Notes: generated by a model not told the origin, from the letters alone. A stretch of DNA of 63,886 nucleotides, filler included, from an uncultured Gemmatimonadota bacterium (GCA_964576115.1; 3 parts of 3 records of this genome joined end to end with filler, not necessarily neighbours in it), one strand, 5' to 3'; numbered from the whole stretch's first letter, positions 29,829 to 39,357 are shown. A program made the numbers and translations.

Positions 29829-30554
29829 ATGGCGGATACGGAACAGCCCGGAGAAAAGGTGAGAAAGCGACGGCGGCGCGGTCCCAAAGACCGTTCCTTT
29901 GACTTTTACGAGCGCTGGCGCTGGGCTATCTGGTTCGGCGGCTGGGGATTTCTGGCTTTCCAGATCTTCGGCTTCGGAGCCTCGTATGCCGGCTCCCACA
30001 AGCTAGCCCGGGTCATGCACATCCTCGGTCTGTTCATGCCGGTTATCGGGGTCATCTTCCACGAGCAGGTCGACCGCATCATGGATAAGTTCGCCGGTCA
30101 GCTCTTCTGGCCCGAGGGGAAATTGCGCGAACCGGCCCACAGCGAAGGGGAGGCTCTGTACCAGCGCCAGGACTTCGAGGGTGCCCTCGACTGGTTCGCA
30201 GCCGCCGTGGCGGCCGTACCCACCGACTGGCGGGCGCAGTTGCGGATCGTGGAGATCCTGCTCGAGCAGTTCGACGATCGCACCCGGGTCGCCGAAGAAC
30301 GCAGCCGCCTGCTGCGGATCGAGAGCACCCCGGAAGGGCTCTGGATGGAGACCGCTCTCGCCCTGGGTCGCGACTGGGTTGTGACCGGTCATCCCGACCG
30401 GGCCGTGAACGTCTACAAGGGTCTGCTCTGGAAGATTCCCGAGGGTCCCGACGCCGAGGAGGCCCGCCGGCGGCTCGCCGACCTGGGTGCTTTCCCCCGT
30501 CGGCAAGAAGGGGAGAGCACGGATACAGGTTCGGATGGAAAAGCAGAGGAATGA
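29829..30554 (+). CDS. Membrane protein with TPR-like C-terminal region
   Basis: Two hydrophobic segments, then helical repeats (GEALYQRQDFEGALDWF; PDRAVNVYKGLLWKIPEGPDAEEARRRL); stop overlaps the next ATG. Confidence 0.65.
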   Translation: MADTEQPGEKVRKRRRRGPKDRSFDFYERWRWAIWFGGWGFLAFQIFGFGASYAGSHKLARVMHILGLFMPVIGVIFHEQVDRIMDKFAGQLFWPEGKLREPAHSEGEALYQRQDFEGALDWFAAAVAAVPTDWRAQLRIVEILLEQFDDRTRVAEERSRLLRIESTPEGLWMETALALGRDWVVTGHPDRAVNVYKGLLWKIPEGPDAEEARRRLADLGAFPRRQEGESTDTGSDGKAEE

Positions 30555-32651
30555 CGATGCCCGATCCGATCTACCTCGATTACAACGCCACCACCCCGAT
30601 CGCCCCCGACGTGGCCGCGGCGATGCGCCCCTTCCTGGACGGGATCTACGGCAATCCCTCCAGCACGCATGTCTTCGGGATCGAGGCCCGCACCGCGGTC
30701 GAGCGAGCCCGCGGCCAGGTGGCCGACCTGCTGGGCTGCGAGCGCGACGAGATCATCTTCACCAGTGGAGGAAGCGAATCGGACAACCTGGCCATCGTGG
30801 GGACCGCCCGGGCGCTGCGCGAGCGCGGTCGTCACATCATCACCTCGGCCGTAGATCACCCCGCCGTGCTCGAGGCCTGCCGCTTCCTGGAACGGGAAGG
30901 CTATGTCGTCACCTACCTGCCCGTGGATGAAACCGGTCTCGTCGATCCGGCCGCAGTCGAGGCGGCCCTGCGCTCGGATACGATCCTGGTGACCATCATG
31001 CACGCCAACAACGAGGTCGGCACCATTGAGCCGATCGCCGAGATCGCCGGGATCGTCCGCTCGGCCGGAGTGCGCCTGCACTCCGATGGAGCCCAGGCGG
31101 TGGGCAAGATCCCGGCCCGGGTGGCCGAACTGGGCGTGGACCTCTACACCATCGCCGGGCACAAGCTTTATGCGCCCAAGGGCGTCGGGGCGCTCTATCA
31201 GCGGCGAGGAGTCGAACTGGCCCCGCTCATCGTCGGCGCCGGGCACGAGATGGGCCGGCGGGCCGGAACCGAGAACGTGCTCGAGATCGTGGGTCTGGGA
31301 GCCGCGGCCGAACTGGCGGCCCGCGACCTGGAGGCCAACTCCCGGCGCATGGCCGAGAGCCGCGACCGACTCCAGGCCCTGCTGACCGAACGCTTTTCCG
31401 ACGCCCGGGTGAACGGACACCCCGACCTGCGCCTGCCCAACACCCTGTCGATCTCTTTCCCCAATCTGGAAGCCAACGGCATCCTCGACGAACTCTTCGA
31501 TGTGGGCGCTTCCCCCGGGGCCGCCTGTCACTCCGACACGATCCAGCTCTCCCACGTCCTGGAGGCCATGGGCGTGCCCGAAGCGATCGCCATGGGCACC
31601 ATCCGCTTCAGCACCGGCCGCAGCACCACCGTGGCTGAGGTCGAGGAGGCGGCCGAGCGCATCATCGGCGTCATCGAACGTATGCGGGGCCCGTCGGGTG
31701 AGGAGGACGAGACCGGCGCCGAACCGGTCGCCCTCGAGGGACCGGTCAAACTGACCCGCTTCACCCACGGTCTGGGATGTGCCTGCAAGATCAGGCCGCA
31801 GACGCTCGAGAAGATCCTGGCCCGGCTGCCGCGGGCCGAGCACCCGGCCCTGATGGTGGGCACCGAAACCGCCGACGATGCCGCCGTATACCGCCTGAAC
31901 GACGAGCTCGCCGTCGTCGAAACGGTGGACTTCTTCACTCCCATCGTGGACTCACCGCGCGATTTCGGGGCCATCGCCACCGCCAACGCCCTGAGCGACA
32001 TCTACGCCATGGGGGCCGAGCCGATCTTCGCCCTGAACCTGGTCGGCTTCCCGGTCGGACGCCTGCCGCAGGAGGTGCTCGAGGAGATCCTGCAGGGCGC
32101 TTCGGAGAAGGCCGCCGAGGCCGGCGTGCCGATCGTGGGCGGGCACTCGGTCGAGGACACCGAGCCCAAGTTCGGGATGGCGGTCACCGGGATCGTGCAC
32201 CCCGACCGGGTCCTGACCAACCGGACCGCGCTCCCCGGGGACGCCCTCGTCCTGACCAAACCGATCGGGACAGGCATCATGTCGACCGCGGCCAAACGCG
32301 GGGCTGCGAGCGAAGCCGGGGTGGCCCTGGCCACCCGCCTGATGAGCACCCTGAATCGTGAGGCGGCCCGGGTCATGGCCGATTTCGAAGTCAGCGCCTG
32401 TACCGATGTGACCGGGTTCGGTCTGATCGGGCACNNNNNNNNNNNNNNNNNNNNNNNNNNNNNNNNNNNNNNNNNNNNNNNNNNNNNNNNNNNNNNNNNN
32501 NNNNNNNNNNNNNNNNNNNNNNNNNNNNNNNNNNACCGCCGACGCCCTGCTCGAGGCTCTGCACTCGGCCGGAGTCGAGGCGGCCGCCCGCATCGGCCGG
32601 ATCACCGGTCCCGGCCAGGGCCGGATCACTGTCCGGCCTCAGGACGCGTAG
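30551..32651 (+). CDS. selD: NifS/IscS-type desulfurase fused to selenophosphate synthetase SelD (N gap 32435-32534)
   Basis: N half: YLDYNATTP, FTSGGSESDN, HANNEVGTI, GHKLYAPKG, GAACHS. C half, same frame: LTRFTHGLGCACKI, DDAAVY, TVDFFTPIVD, ANALSDIYAMG, GGHS, LTKPIGTG, DVTGFGLIGH. Tail after gap (ADALLEAL...AARIGRI) ends at TAG 32649-32651. Confidence 0.93.
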
Positions 32652-32658
32652 GCGCCCG

Positions 32659-33597
32659 GTGGCCCGCTCGACCTGGTGCCCGCGCCTCTGGGATGAGGTC
32701 TATATCGATCAGAAGGGTCGGGTCTTCTCCTGCTGTCATAACAAACCGGCTGTGCTGGGTTCGATTCTCGAACTGCCGCTCGACCAGATCGTCAACGGCG
32801 CCGCTATCAGGGGCCACCGGCGCCGGGCCCTGCAGGGACGGCTGAGCTGCTACCGGCACTGCACCCTGCTCTCCCCCGCCGAGCGGGCCGCCGAGCCTCC
32901 CGGGGGAATCGGTGACGAGATCGCTTATGCAGACTTGAAACGGCTCAAGGTCCTTTTCGGCGAGGCCTGCAACATCGACTGCATCATGTGCTGGCAGGAT
33001 TCGTCCAGCCGCGAGGTCATCGATCTGGAGGCCCTGACGGCCCGGGTCGATCTCACCCCCTTCGAAAGCGTCGAGATTCAGGGGGGCGAGCCGCTCTTCA
33101 TTCCGGAGGCGAAGACCTACTTTGATCACGTCGCCGCCGCCGGCATACCGATCTCGTTCCTGACCAACGGCACCATCATGACCGAAGAGTGGGCCGCGAA
33201 GATCGCCCGACACTCCGAGTTCGTCTACATCTCGCTCAACGCCGCCACCCCCGCCACCCACGAACTTATCAACCGGGGCTCGGAGTGGACGCGGGTGATG
33301 CGCTCGCTCGAGCGGCTGCACAGCGCCCGCGCTGCGGCCGGCTCCGGGATCGAGATCCGGGCCCACATGACCATCGTGCGCCAGAACATCCACGAGGTGC
33401 CCGCCTTCATTGCCGGATTCGGCGAACTGGGCTTCGATGCCGCCGATTTCGGTTTCGATCTGCGCCTGCGCCCCTGGCTGGCCCTGCATCCCCGACTGCG
33501 TTCCCGCCTGCGGGCCGAGATCGCTACCGCACTGGCTAAACTCGACGACCGGGCTGCGGTCGACACCTCCCGTCTGGAGATACTCCGGCTGGTCTGA
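32659..33597 (+). CDS. Radical SAM protein with N-terminal SPASM/twitch-like domain
   Basis: CNIDCIMC, QGGEPLF, LTNGT, ISLNA; N-terminal CPRLW..IDQKGRVFSCC..LGSI..CYRHC. Confidence 0.9.
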   Translation: MARSTWCPRLWDEVYIDQKGRVFSCCHNKPAVLGSILELPLDQIVNGAAIRGHRRRALQGRLSCYRHCTLLSPAERAAEPPGGIGDEIAYADLKRLKVLFGEACNIDCIMCWQDSSSREVIDLEALTARVDLTPFESVEIQGGEPLFIPEAKTYFDHVAAAGIPISFLTNGTIMTEEWAAKIARHSEFVYISLNAATPATHELINRGSEWTRVMRSLERLHSARAAAGSGIEIRAHMTIVRQNIHEVPAFIAGFGELGFDAADFGFDLRLRPWLALHPRLRSRLRAEIATALAKLDDRAAVDTSRLEILRLV

Positions 33598-33653
33598 AGG
33601 GCAGCCCGACGGCTGCTGCCCTTCGGCCGCCGTTGTACGCCCCTGTCACACCC

Positions 33654-33682
33654 TTCCCGCCGCTCGCTCTTTCGGCTACAAT
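33654..33682 (+). promoter_or_regulatory. Putative sigma70 promoter for ybaK-like gene
   Basis: TTCCCG-17 bp-TACAAT, about 40 bp before ATG 33722. Confidence 0.45.
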
Positions 33683-33721
33683 GACCCGGTCAGATCCACC
33701 CTGGCGCGAGGGGGTGTTCAG

Positions 33722-34195
33722 ATGCCGGCGAAGAAGAACACATTGATCGAATTCCTGGATATCAACGGAATCAGCTACGAGACCATCCGCCATGAAGAGG
33801 CCATTACCGCCCAGGAGATTGCCGCTGCTGCTCATGTCAGCGGACACGAGCTGGCCAAGACGGTGATCATCACGGTCGACGGTGAGATGGCGATGGCGGT
33901 TCTGCCCGCCACCTTCCAGATCGACCTGAAACAGCTGAAGAAAGCCATCGGCGCCAAGAAGGTCGCACTGGCCGACGAGAATGCGTTCAAGGACAGGTTC
34001 GAGGACTGCGAGCCGGGGGCCATGCCGCCCTTCGGCAACCTGTATGACATGGTGGTCTATGCCGCCGAGACTCTGGCCGAGGACGAGCAGATCGCTTTCA
34101 ACGCCGGCAGTCACACCCTGCTGGTCAAGATGGCCTGGGCCGACTACGAGAAGCTGGTCGGCCCGACGATTATGAAGTTCTCACAGCTGGACTGA
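33722..34195 (+). CDS. YbaK/EbsC (ProXp-type) aminoacyl-tRNA deacylase
   Basis: LAKTVI, CEPGAMPPFG, FNAGSH; 157 aa. Confidence 0.9.
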   Translation: MPAKKNTLIEFLDINGISYETIRHEEAITAQEIAAAAHVSGHELAKTVIITVDGEMAMAVLPATFQIDLKQLKKAIGAKKVALADENAFKDRFEDCEPGAMPPFGNLYDMVVYAAETLAEDEQIAFNAGSHTLLVKMAWADYEKLVGPTIMKFSQLD

Positions 34196-34211
34196 TACGG
34201 GCTCGCTGGTC

Positions 34212-34646
34212 GTGCCGCTGCGGAAAAATCCTCTGCGCACGACCCTGCTGACCGTTTGCGGCCTGGTCGCGGTCATCCTCGGGATCGTGGGAATCGTCGT
34301 CCCCCTGCTCCCGACCACCCCTTTCCTGCTTCTGGCCGCGGCCTGCTTCCTGCGTTCCTCCGAGCGCCTTTACCGCTGGCTGATCACCCACCGCTGGTTC
34401 GGCCCCTACATCCGCAACTACCGGGAATATCACGCTCTGCCCCTGCGCACCAAGGTGGGCACCCTGGCACTGCTCTGGGGAGCCCTCGGATATGCCATCG
34501 TCGTCGTCGTTGACGGGCTGGCACTCCAGGTGATGCTGGCCATCATCGGGATCGGGGTGACGGTACACATCCTGCGCTTCCGGACCCTGACGGCCGAGAT
34601 GATGTCGGCGGGACCGGAGGCCGAAGGAAATCAGCCGGAAGATTGA
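34212..34646 (+). CDS. YbaN/DUF454 inner membrane protein
   Basis: GIVGIVVPLLPTTPFLLLAAACFLRSSERLYRWL. Confidence 0.92.
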   Translation: MPLRKNPLRTTLLTVCGLVAVILGIVGIVVPLLPTTPFLLLAAACFLRSSERLYRWLITHRWFGPYIRNYREYHALPLRTKVGTLALLWGALGYAIVVVVDGLALQVMLAIIGIGVTVHILRFRTLTAEMMSAGPEAEGNQPED

Positions 34647-34650
34647 CCGG

Positions 34651-35952
34651 TCAGGACGAGCTCCCTGGCGGTACAGTTGTCCTGATGCGGTACACGACCA
34701 CTTTTTTAGCACCTGTTTCCCGATCTTCTTCCACCTGCACCAGACAGCCGCGCGTCAGTTTCGTCATTCCCCGCCTGCTTCCGGGGGGAAGCCGGGTGAT
34801 CCCGAGGTATTCGCCCTCGGGGCTGAAAACGCGGTACAGGACGGGGGGCTCATTCCCCTCCTGGCTCTCGATGAAGACCGGAATGCGGACCCAGATACGA
34901 CCGGCGTCGTCGATCTCGATCGTGCCGCCCTCATCCTCTCCCCAGTAGGCTTTGTATTCGGGATAGACGAGATTCTCCAGCAGAGCCTTCTGCCATGCAC
35001 GGTCGATCCCGGTGGCCGTTTCCAGAGCCTCGACTGTGGGGACTTCAAAGGCCGTTCGGTCCGCCGCCGTCACCGGTTCGGAAGGCAGATCGACCCGGAT
35101 CCGGCGGCGGTGCCGGCCGTCCATACCGTGGATATCGAGAACCGGCTCTTCTCCGGTGGTCAGGAGCAGACCGAACCGGTCGTGACAGGCAAAATGCGAC
35201 CGGGGTCCGAAGGGGATACGGGAAAAGATCGCGCCCTGAGTTTCGTTCCAGAAAAACTCCACCCGGAGCGCCTCGACGACCTCTTCCCCATCCGCGCTCC
35301 AGAGCGAATCCCATTGGGCACTGTACGCCGCGGCCCGGTACCTCAGGGAACGGGCCCCCTCTCCGGCAGTGGTCCGGCCGAGGATCCACAGGAACCGACC
35401 ATCGGAAAGACGGCGGCAGAAGGCCGTCCGCCAGCCCGGCGGCGGTGCCGGCAGGGTCTCGACATCGATCAGCCCCCCATCGATCCGGTACCGTGTCAGG
35501 CGATGCTGTCCGACCAGGTCGAAGGTCTCGATCACTCCATCCCTGATGTCGTTGATCTGCGGGTGCCGCATATCGCCGGGTCCCTGCCCCGGTTGACCGA
35601 AAGCGAACTGAAAGATCCCCGAGGTGTCGAACACCGCGATCCGTGAAACCGACGGCCAGTCCGAGGGTGAGGAGTCGGGTACGAACAGAAAACCCCGCTC
35701 GTCGAGCGTGCCGGGTTCGGGGCGGACGAGAAGCGACTCTTCGCGTTCGTCCTCCTGCAGGATATACCACGGCTCGTACGTGAAGAGTTCACCTTCGTAC
35801 TTCGGAACGGCAGAGGAGAGGGCTGTGACGACACCGCCCTCTTCCCACTGCTCGAAGGTATGGCCCGGCGCCGAGGTGTCGGGCGTCGAGCCGCAGGCGA
35901 TCGTGCTGAAGCAGAGCAGAACCAGAATGAATCCCCTGGCGGTCCGTCTCAT
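34651..35952 (-). CDS. 6-bladed beta-propeller lipoprotein, third paralogue
   Basis: Lipobox TIAC; RIAVFDTSGIFQFAFGQPGQGPGDM; IDDAGRIW; VFSPEGEYLG. Confidence 0.8.
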   Translation of the reverse strand: MRRTARGFILVLLCFSTIACGSTPDTSAPGHTFEQWEEGGVVTALSSAVPKYEGELFTYEPWYILQEDEREESLLVRPEPGTLDERGFLFVPDSSPSDWPSVSRIAVFDTSGIFQFAFGQPGQGPGDMRHPQINDIRDGVIETFDLVGQHRLTRYRIDGGLIDVETLPAPPPGWRTAFCRRLSDGRFLWILGRTTAGEGARSLRYRAAAYSAQWDSLWSADGEEVVEALRVEFFWNETQGAIFSRIPFGPRSHFACHDRFGLLLTTGEEPVLDIHGMDGRHRRRIRVDLPSEPVTAADRTAFEVPTVEALETATGIDRAWQKALLENLVYPEYKAYWGEDEGGTIEIDDAGRIWVRIPVFIESQEGNEPPVLYRVFSPEGEYLGITRLPPGSRRGMTKLTRGCLVQVEEDRETGAKKVVVYRIRTTVPPGSSS

Positions 35953-36140
35953 GAAGTCCTCTCAGGATTCAAGAATGGCAAGACGGGTCTCTTCCGGCGA
36001 GTCGCACCCTAATATACTCCCTCGAAACCCTGTTGTTTCCGGGATTATCGGCGTGAACCGAGGTCTGACAGTGTCTTTACCGACCTCACAGCCCGGGATC
36101 CGTTTCAGCGATCGGGTATATGGGGGTAGAGGTGAGAATG

Positions 36141-36180
36141 GAAAACGCCTCCCCCGGTTCTCGCCGGGAGAGGCGTTTTC
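36141..36180 (-). terminator. Intrinsic terminator downstream of the cold-shock gene
   Basis: gaaaacgcctc-ccccgg-ttctcg-ccggga-gaggcgttttc hairpin with A/T tails on both sides. Confidence 0.85.
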
Positions 36181-36203
36181 AGTACCTGTCTGTGATCAGG
36201 TCG

Positions 36204-36407
36204 TCAGACCCTGGTCACGTTCTCAGCCGATGGGCCCTTTTCGCCCTGCACGACGTCGAACTCCACGCGGTCGCCTTCGGAGAGACTGCGGAAGCCGTCG
36301 CCCTGGATCGCTGAATGATGGACGAAACAGTCCTTGGAGCCGTCATCGAGGGTGATGAATCCGAACCCCTTGGAGTCGTTGAACCACTTCACTGTACCTT
36401 GTGTCAT
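36204..36407 (-). CDS. Cold-shock protein (CspA family)
   Basis: [24 protein letters not shown]; 67 aa. Confidence 0.97.
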   Translation of the reverse strand: MTQGTVKWFNDSKGFGFITLDDGSKDCFVHHSAIQGDGFRSLSEGDRVEFDVVQGEKGPSAENVTRV

Positions 36408-36507
36408 TACTGATATTTCCCTTTGTTCCGAGCCTTCCGGCTCACGTGTGCCGACCGGTCGCCTGACCGGTCATTCTCTCAACGTCTAACTGTTCCAGGC
36501 GAGACAT

Positions 36508-36545
36508 AAAAAAAACACCCGGGCAAAGACGTTCACCCCGGTGCC
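36508..36545 (-). terminator. Terminator-like hairpin plus U8 in the csp leader
   Basis: Minus strand GGCACCGGGGTGAA-CGTC-TTTGCCCGGGTG-TTTTTTTT, 100 nt upstream of the csp ATG. Confidence 0.65.
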
Positions 36546-36767
36546 TGTTATTGACATGCCGTCCGGTACTGCTTCAACGTCGTGCTTTCACACAACAATA
36601 TACGGCATTCTGCGCATTCTTCCAGGAGTATTTCAGAGTTTTCTAAAATTATTATGGGCCGGTCAGAACCCTGCAGAACGGGCGGCAGACTCCTGCCCGG
36701 GCATGAATCCAATGCCATCGACCGGAGGGACAACCAATTACGGTGATTTGGGATACATCAGCCGATC

Positions 36768-36796
36768 TTGCAGAAGATTCATTATGAATCTATAAT
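36768..36796 (+). promoter_or_regulatory. Sigma70 promoter of the TA operon with palindromic operator
   Basis: TTGCAG (36768)-17 bp-TATAAT (36791); AGATTCAT-T-ATGAATCT at 36775-36791. Confidence 0.8.
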
Positions 36797-36839
36797 GAAG
36801 CAGAAATGGAATTCCTGCGAAACCCCGGGAGCTGCCGCC

Positions 36840-37076
36840 ATGCCCGTGAATCTGTCGATCAAGAACGTGCCCGATGAACTGGTCGAGAAACTGCGCCGAC
36901 GTGCGAAACAGGCCCATCGCTCGCTACAGGGCGAACTGATGGTCATCCTCGAGCAGGCTCTGCAGGAGGAGGGTACGCTGACTCTGGGGATGATCCGCGA
37001 GAAGATCGCATCGTACGGAATCAGCACTCCCGGTGAGTCGGTGCAGATGATCAGAGAAGATCGTGATGCCCGCTAG
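36840..37076 (+). CDS. Ribbon-helix-helix (Arc/FitA-like) antitoxin
   Basis: NLSIKNVPDELVEKLRRRAKQAHRSLQGEL; C-terminal SVQMIREDRDAR; overlaps the PIN gene. Confidence 0.88.
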   Translation: MPVNLSIKNVPDELVEKLRRRAKQAHRSLQGELMVILEQALQEEGTLTLGMIREKIASYGISTPGESVQMIREDRDAR

Positions 37077-37467
37077 TCCGGTCGTCATCGACACCTCGGC
37101 TCTGGCCGCCGTTCTCTTCGGCGAACCGCAGGGGGAGGCGATCTGGCAGACCGTCGATGACCGGCCCCTGATCGCCCCCGCCCTGCTCCGGTACGAGCTG
37201 GCGAATGTCGCGTCCAGGAAGCTTCTCGCCCATCCCGATCAGCACCGGCTGCGCGACATATGCAGCCTGGTGGGACAGCTCGCCCTGGTGTTCTTCGACA
37301 TTCCCTTCGATCGGCTCGTCGCCCTCACCCTGGAGTCGGGCCTGTCCAGTTACGATGCCGCCTTTCTCTGGCTGAGCCGGGAATCGGGGGCTCCGCTGGT
37401 CACCCTTGATACCGAACTGGCCGCCGCCGCCCGTCGCCTAGAGATCGGTCCGCTGACGATCAGGTGA
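37066..37467 (+). CDS. vapC: VapC family PIN-domain toxin
   Basis: VVIDTSAL, YELAN, LSSYDAAFL, LVTLD acidic PIN residues. Confidence 0.92.
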   Translation: MPASPVVIDTSALAAVLFGEPQGEAIWQTVDDRPLIAPALLRYELANVASRKLLAHPDQHRLRDICSLVGQLALVFFDIPFDRLVALTLESGLSSYDAAFLWLSRESGAPLVTLDTELAAAARRLEIGPLTIR

Positions 37468-37471
37468 GGTT

Positions 37472-38356
37472 TCAGCGCCGGCGCTGACAGCGCGGGCAGA
37501 TGTGCGATGAGCGTGAGCCGACGATGATGCGGCGGATGGGCTGACTGCAACACAGGCAGGGTTCACCCTCCCGGCCATAGATCTGCAGCAAGGACTGGAA
37601 CGATCCGCTCCGTCCCTCGGCACCCGCGAAGTTGATGATGGTCGTCCCCTCTAACTCGATCGAACGGACGAGCAGATCCCGCAGGTGAGTGTGCAGTTCG
37701 ACGAGCTTGCGCCGGGCGATTCCGTTCGTGCGGCGCATGGGATGGATCCGGCTGGTGAAGAGAGCTTCATCGGCATAGATGTTCCCGATCCCGACGATGA
37801 AAGTCTGATCGAGCAGGGTCGGCTTGATCATGCGCCGCCGGGTGCGGCAGAGTTCGGCGAATTCCTCACCCGACATCTCGATCGGCTCGGGTCCCAGCTC
37901 GGCCAGTCCGGGCTGATCCCACAGCTCATCATCAGGATAAAGCCTCAGCCGGCCGAAGCGCCGGTAGTCGTGGAAACGCAGCTGCAGGTCGTTCCCCGGT
38001 CCCTCCCTGCCCTCTGATCCTGGCCGGTCATTACCCTCAGGTTCGAAATCAACCAGAACCAGATCGTGTTTGTCGACCGGTTCGTCAGCTGGAATGAGTC
38101 GAAAGCGGCCGGTCATCTTCAGATGGACCCAGAGAGTGAGAGCGCCATCGAGGGCAATCAGGATGTTCTTGCCCCGCCGGGATACCGCCCGAACCGTGCG
38201 ACCGGGGAGGATCTCCTCCAGGATCCGCCCTGTAAGAGTCGGACTGATGACGACCGAGGCGGCCGGAGCCCGGTTCTCAACCCGGCTGATGGTGCGACCG
38301 GTGAGAAAAGGCCGCAGACCCCGGACGACCGTTTCGACTTCGGGGAGTTCGGGCAT
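37472..38356 (-). CDS. mutM: Formamidopyrimidine-DNA glycosylase
   Basis: MPELPEVE, RRGK, HLKMTG, GIGNIYADE, zinc finger CLCC...CPRCQ. Confidence 0.96.
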   Translation of the reverse strand: MPELPEVETVVRGLRPFLTGRTISRVENRAPAASVVISPTLTGRILEEILPGRTVRAVSRRGKNILIALDGALTLWVHLKMTGRFRLIPADEPVDKHDLVLVDFEPEGNDRPGSEGREGPGNDLQLRFHDYRRFGRLRLYPDDELWDQPGLAELGPEPIEMSGEEFAELCRTRRRMIKPTLLDQTFIVGIGNIYADEALFTSRIHPMRRTNGIARRKLVELHTHLRDLLVRSIELEGTTIINFAGAEGRSGSFQSLLQIYGREGEPCLCCSQPIRRIIVGSRSSHICPRCQRRR

Positions 38357-38523
38357 CAGGCCTGAGTTTNNNNNNNNNNNNNNNNNNNNNNNNNNNNNNN
38401 NNNNNNNNNNNNNNNNNNNNNNNNNNNNNNNNNNNNNNNNNNNNNNNNNNNNNNNNNNNNNNNNNNNNNTCACCGGTCAATCACAGAAACGGAAAGAGAA
38501 GATAGGCAACCAAAGGAGACCTG

Positions 38524-39357
38524 TCAGCCACCGGGGCGGAGAATATCCCGATAATCGCTCAGGTCGATACGCTGGGTAACGGTAACCGATACCGGCTCCC
38601 CATTCCGGTAAGCGGGCTCGTACTGCCATTGCAGGGCATTCATCCGGATCGCACGTCTGTGGGCCGGGCCGAGCATGTGGTTGAAAAACCGATGAATCAC
38701 CGGATCCACGACCCGGCCGGTCTCATTCACCGTGAAGGTGATGAGAGTCTCGAACCACTGTTCGCGTATGTCCTCGACCTCGACAAATCGCGCGTGCGGC
38801 CTTTCATTCCAACCTGCATCCCGGGGAAGAACGAGTTCGGTTCGAGCTACGCATTCCGGGGGTCGATCGAACCGGCCGTAGACGATCCTTTCGAACATCA
38901 TGGGGTAGCGATATTCACCGGGATGATCGGGATCGCGGATCTGAAAGCGCTGGATCATGGTGACGAGTCTGATCGCTTCCCGAGGCAAATTGGGATCGGA
39001 ACGATAGACGGTCGTCGCCAGCATACCCATCACAGCGGTATCGAAAACGCCTGACGGAGTGCTCTTCACGATCTGTGGATCAGAGACAAAACCGTTCCGA
39101 TCGAGAGTAAACTGTACCCAGACTTCACCTTCGATTCCGGTTTCGCGAGCAACCTGCGGATAATCAGGTCTCCTGGATCCGATACGTGCCGGCAGTTCAT
39201 GCCACCTCTTCATCATGGCGGGAAAAAGCCAGGCGATGAAGAACATCACCGTCATCACGACGATAAATCCTGCTCCGATGACGGGCAGATCAGAGCCGTA
39301 GGGAGTGGCTTTCTCGCTCCGGAAGCGACCGCGGGGACCGTAATGGGCGAAGCGCAT
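38524..39357 (-). CDS. TonB-like protein with two TonB C-terminal domains
   Basis: One TM; PDYPQVARETGIEGEVWVQFTLDRNG; second domain FTVNETGRV...WQYEPAYRNGEPV. Confidence 0.72.
   Translation of the reverse strand: MRFAHYGPRGRFRSEKATPYGSDLPVIGAGFIVVMTVMFFIAWLFPAMMKRWHELPARIGSRRPDYPQVARETGIEGEVWVQFTLDRNGFVSDPQIVKSTPSGVFDTAVMGMLATTVYRSDPNLPREAIRLVTMIQRFQIRDPDHPGEYRYPMMFERIVYGRFDRPPECVARTELVLPRDAGWNERPHARFVEVEDIREQWFETLITFTVNETGRVVDPVIHRFFNHMLGPAHRRAIRMNALQWQYEPAYRNGEPVSVTVTQRIDLSDYRDILRPGG

Noticed and set aside
31750-31795. SelD as a selenoprotein
   Set aside because: The active-site codons are TGT and TGC (Cys), not TGA.
19744-32651. selB and selD as one selenium island
   Set aside because: An artificial linker at 29676-29775 separates them, so their proximity is not biological.
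33595-33684. SECIS-driven readthrough of the radical SAM UGA
   Set aside because: Readthrough adds only a short featureless peptide, with no redox-motif context; the hairpin fits a 3' end structure better.
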